Shown here: one piece after another, positions 45,443 to 45,985 of the stretch
How the letters are laid out: each line of letters begins with the position of its first letter
Position numbering within the stretch: the first letter of the stretch is position 1
Source: Thiotrichales bacterium
GTDB lineage: Bacteria > Pseudomonadota > Gammaproteobacteria > CAZUMV01
Direction: 5' to 3'
DNA length: 45,985 nucleotides
NCBI GenBank assembly: GCA_012961935.1
Contig: DTYI01000107.1
Location: forward strand, 1 to 45,985
Position numbers and translations under genes: made by a program
The notes under the pieces: generated by a model
What the model was told of the DNA's origin: nothing
The model's input: only the letters and a program-made list of their open reading frames with translations
Databases searched by the model: none

Positions 45443-45985
45443 ATGCGCATACTCGTCAGCAATGATGATGGTTATCTGTCGCCAGGTCTGGACGCGCTTG
45501 TGGACGCGGCTTCAGGGTTTGGTGAAGTGACTGTTGTGGCGCCAGATCGGGACCGCAGTGGCGCGAGTAATTCTCTGACACTTGATGCGCCGTTACATGC
45601 CGTCAAAACGGAGAATGGTTATATCCGTGTCGATGGCACGCCGACGGACTGTGTTCACCTTGCGATTACCGGGTTGCTGAAAAACGAACCGGACATGGTT
45701 ATCTCCGGCATTAATCTGGGCGCGAATCTGGGTGATGATGTACTTTATTCCGGCACGGTGGCAGCAGCTACCGAAGGCAGGTTCCTGGGTTTGCCTGCCA
45801 TGGCTGTTTCGATCACGGCTTTTGAGCCAGAAAATTTGCAGGCGGCGGGCAGGGTGGTGGCCACTTTGTTAAACAAGCTGCAGGCAGATCCTTTACCGCA
45901 GGATATTATTTTGAACGTTAACATTCCCGATCTACCCTGGAATGAGATCAAGGGATTTCAGTCCACCCGTCTGGGTCATCGCCAC
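45443..45985 (+). CDS. surE: 5'/3'-nucleotidase SurE (partial, runs off the window end)
   Basis: The ATG at 45443 gives [23 protein letters not shown]...[14 protein letters not shown]...DGTPTDCV, open to the last base. It is absent from the ORF track because no stop codon lies in the window. Confidence 0.9.
   Translation, partial: MRILVSNDDGYLSPGLDALVDAASGFGEVTVVAPDRDRSGASNSLTLDAPLHAVKTENGYIRVDGTPTDCVHLAITGLLKNEPDMVISGINLGANLGDDVLYSGTVAAATEGRFLGLPAMAVSITAFEPENLQAAGRVVATLLNKLQADPLPQDIILNVNIPDLPWNEIKGFQSTRLGHRH

Overview
This is a gammaproteobacterial chromosomal segment, mostly tightly packed housekeeping genes, and I found no clearly novel multi-gene system in it. Two blocks match synteny I recall from Pseudomonas aeruginosa. 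The first is fimT / fimU-pilVWXY1-(Y2)-pilE next to ispH-fkpB-lspA-ileS-ribF-murJ. The second is suhB / trmJ-cysE-iscRSUA-hscBA-fdx-iscX. Other recognisable genes are prk, trmB, thiG, thiS, thiO, ispB, tRNA-Pro(CGG), aspS, rsgA, phhB, orn and surE (partial at the window edge).

The least ordinary stretch runs from tRNA-Pro to suhB (about 21.1-28.2 kb). It holds a phospholipase-A2-like lipoprotein coupled to a DsbA-like gene, a decayed non-coding stretch, and a four-gene group-3b-type [NiFe]-hydrogenase operon. In that operon the large subunit is fused in frame to a hydrogenase maturation endopeptidase domain, which is my top finding.

Secondary observations:
- an Irr-like (HHH motif, no CxxC) Fur-family regulator in a gammaproteobacterial context
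- a membrane-protein gene broken at an A7 homopolymer
- a MurJ N-terminus that seems to need a non-canonical start codon
- a ribF C-terminus encoded by an intergenic repeat
- several families of palindromic (REP-like) and long-hairpin (MITE-like) intergenic elements

All calls come from reading the ORF translations and the DNA by eye. No searches, alignments or composition statistics were run. There is no CRISPR array, no transposase or integrase, and no recognisable defence system.
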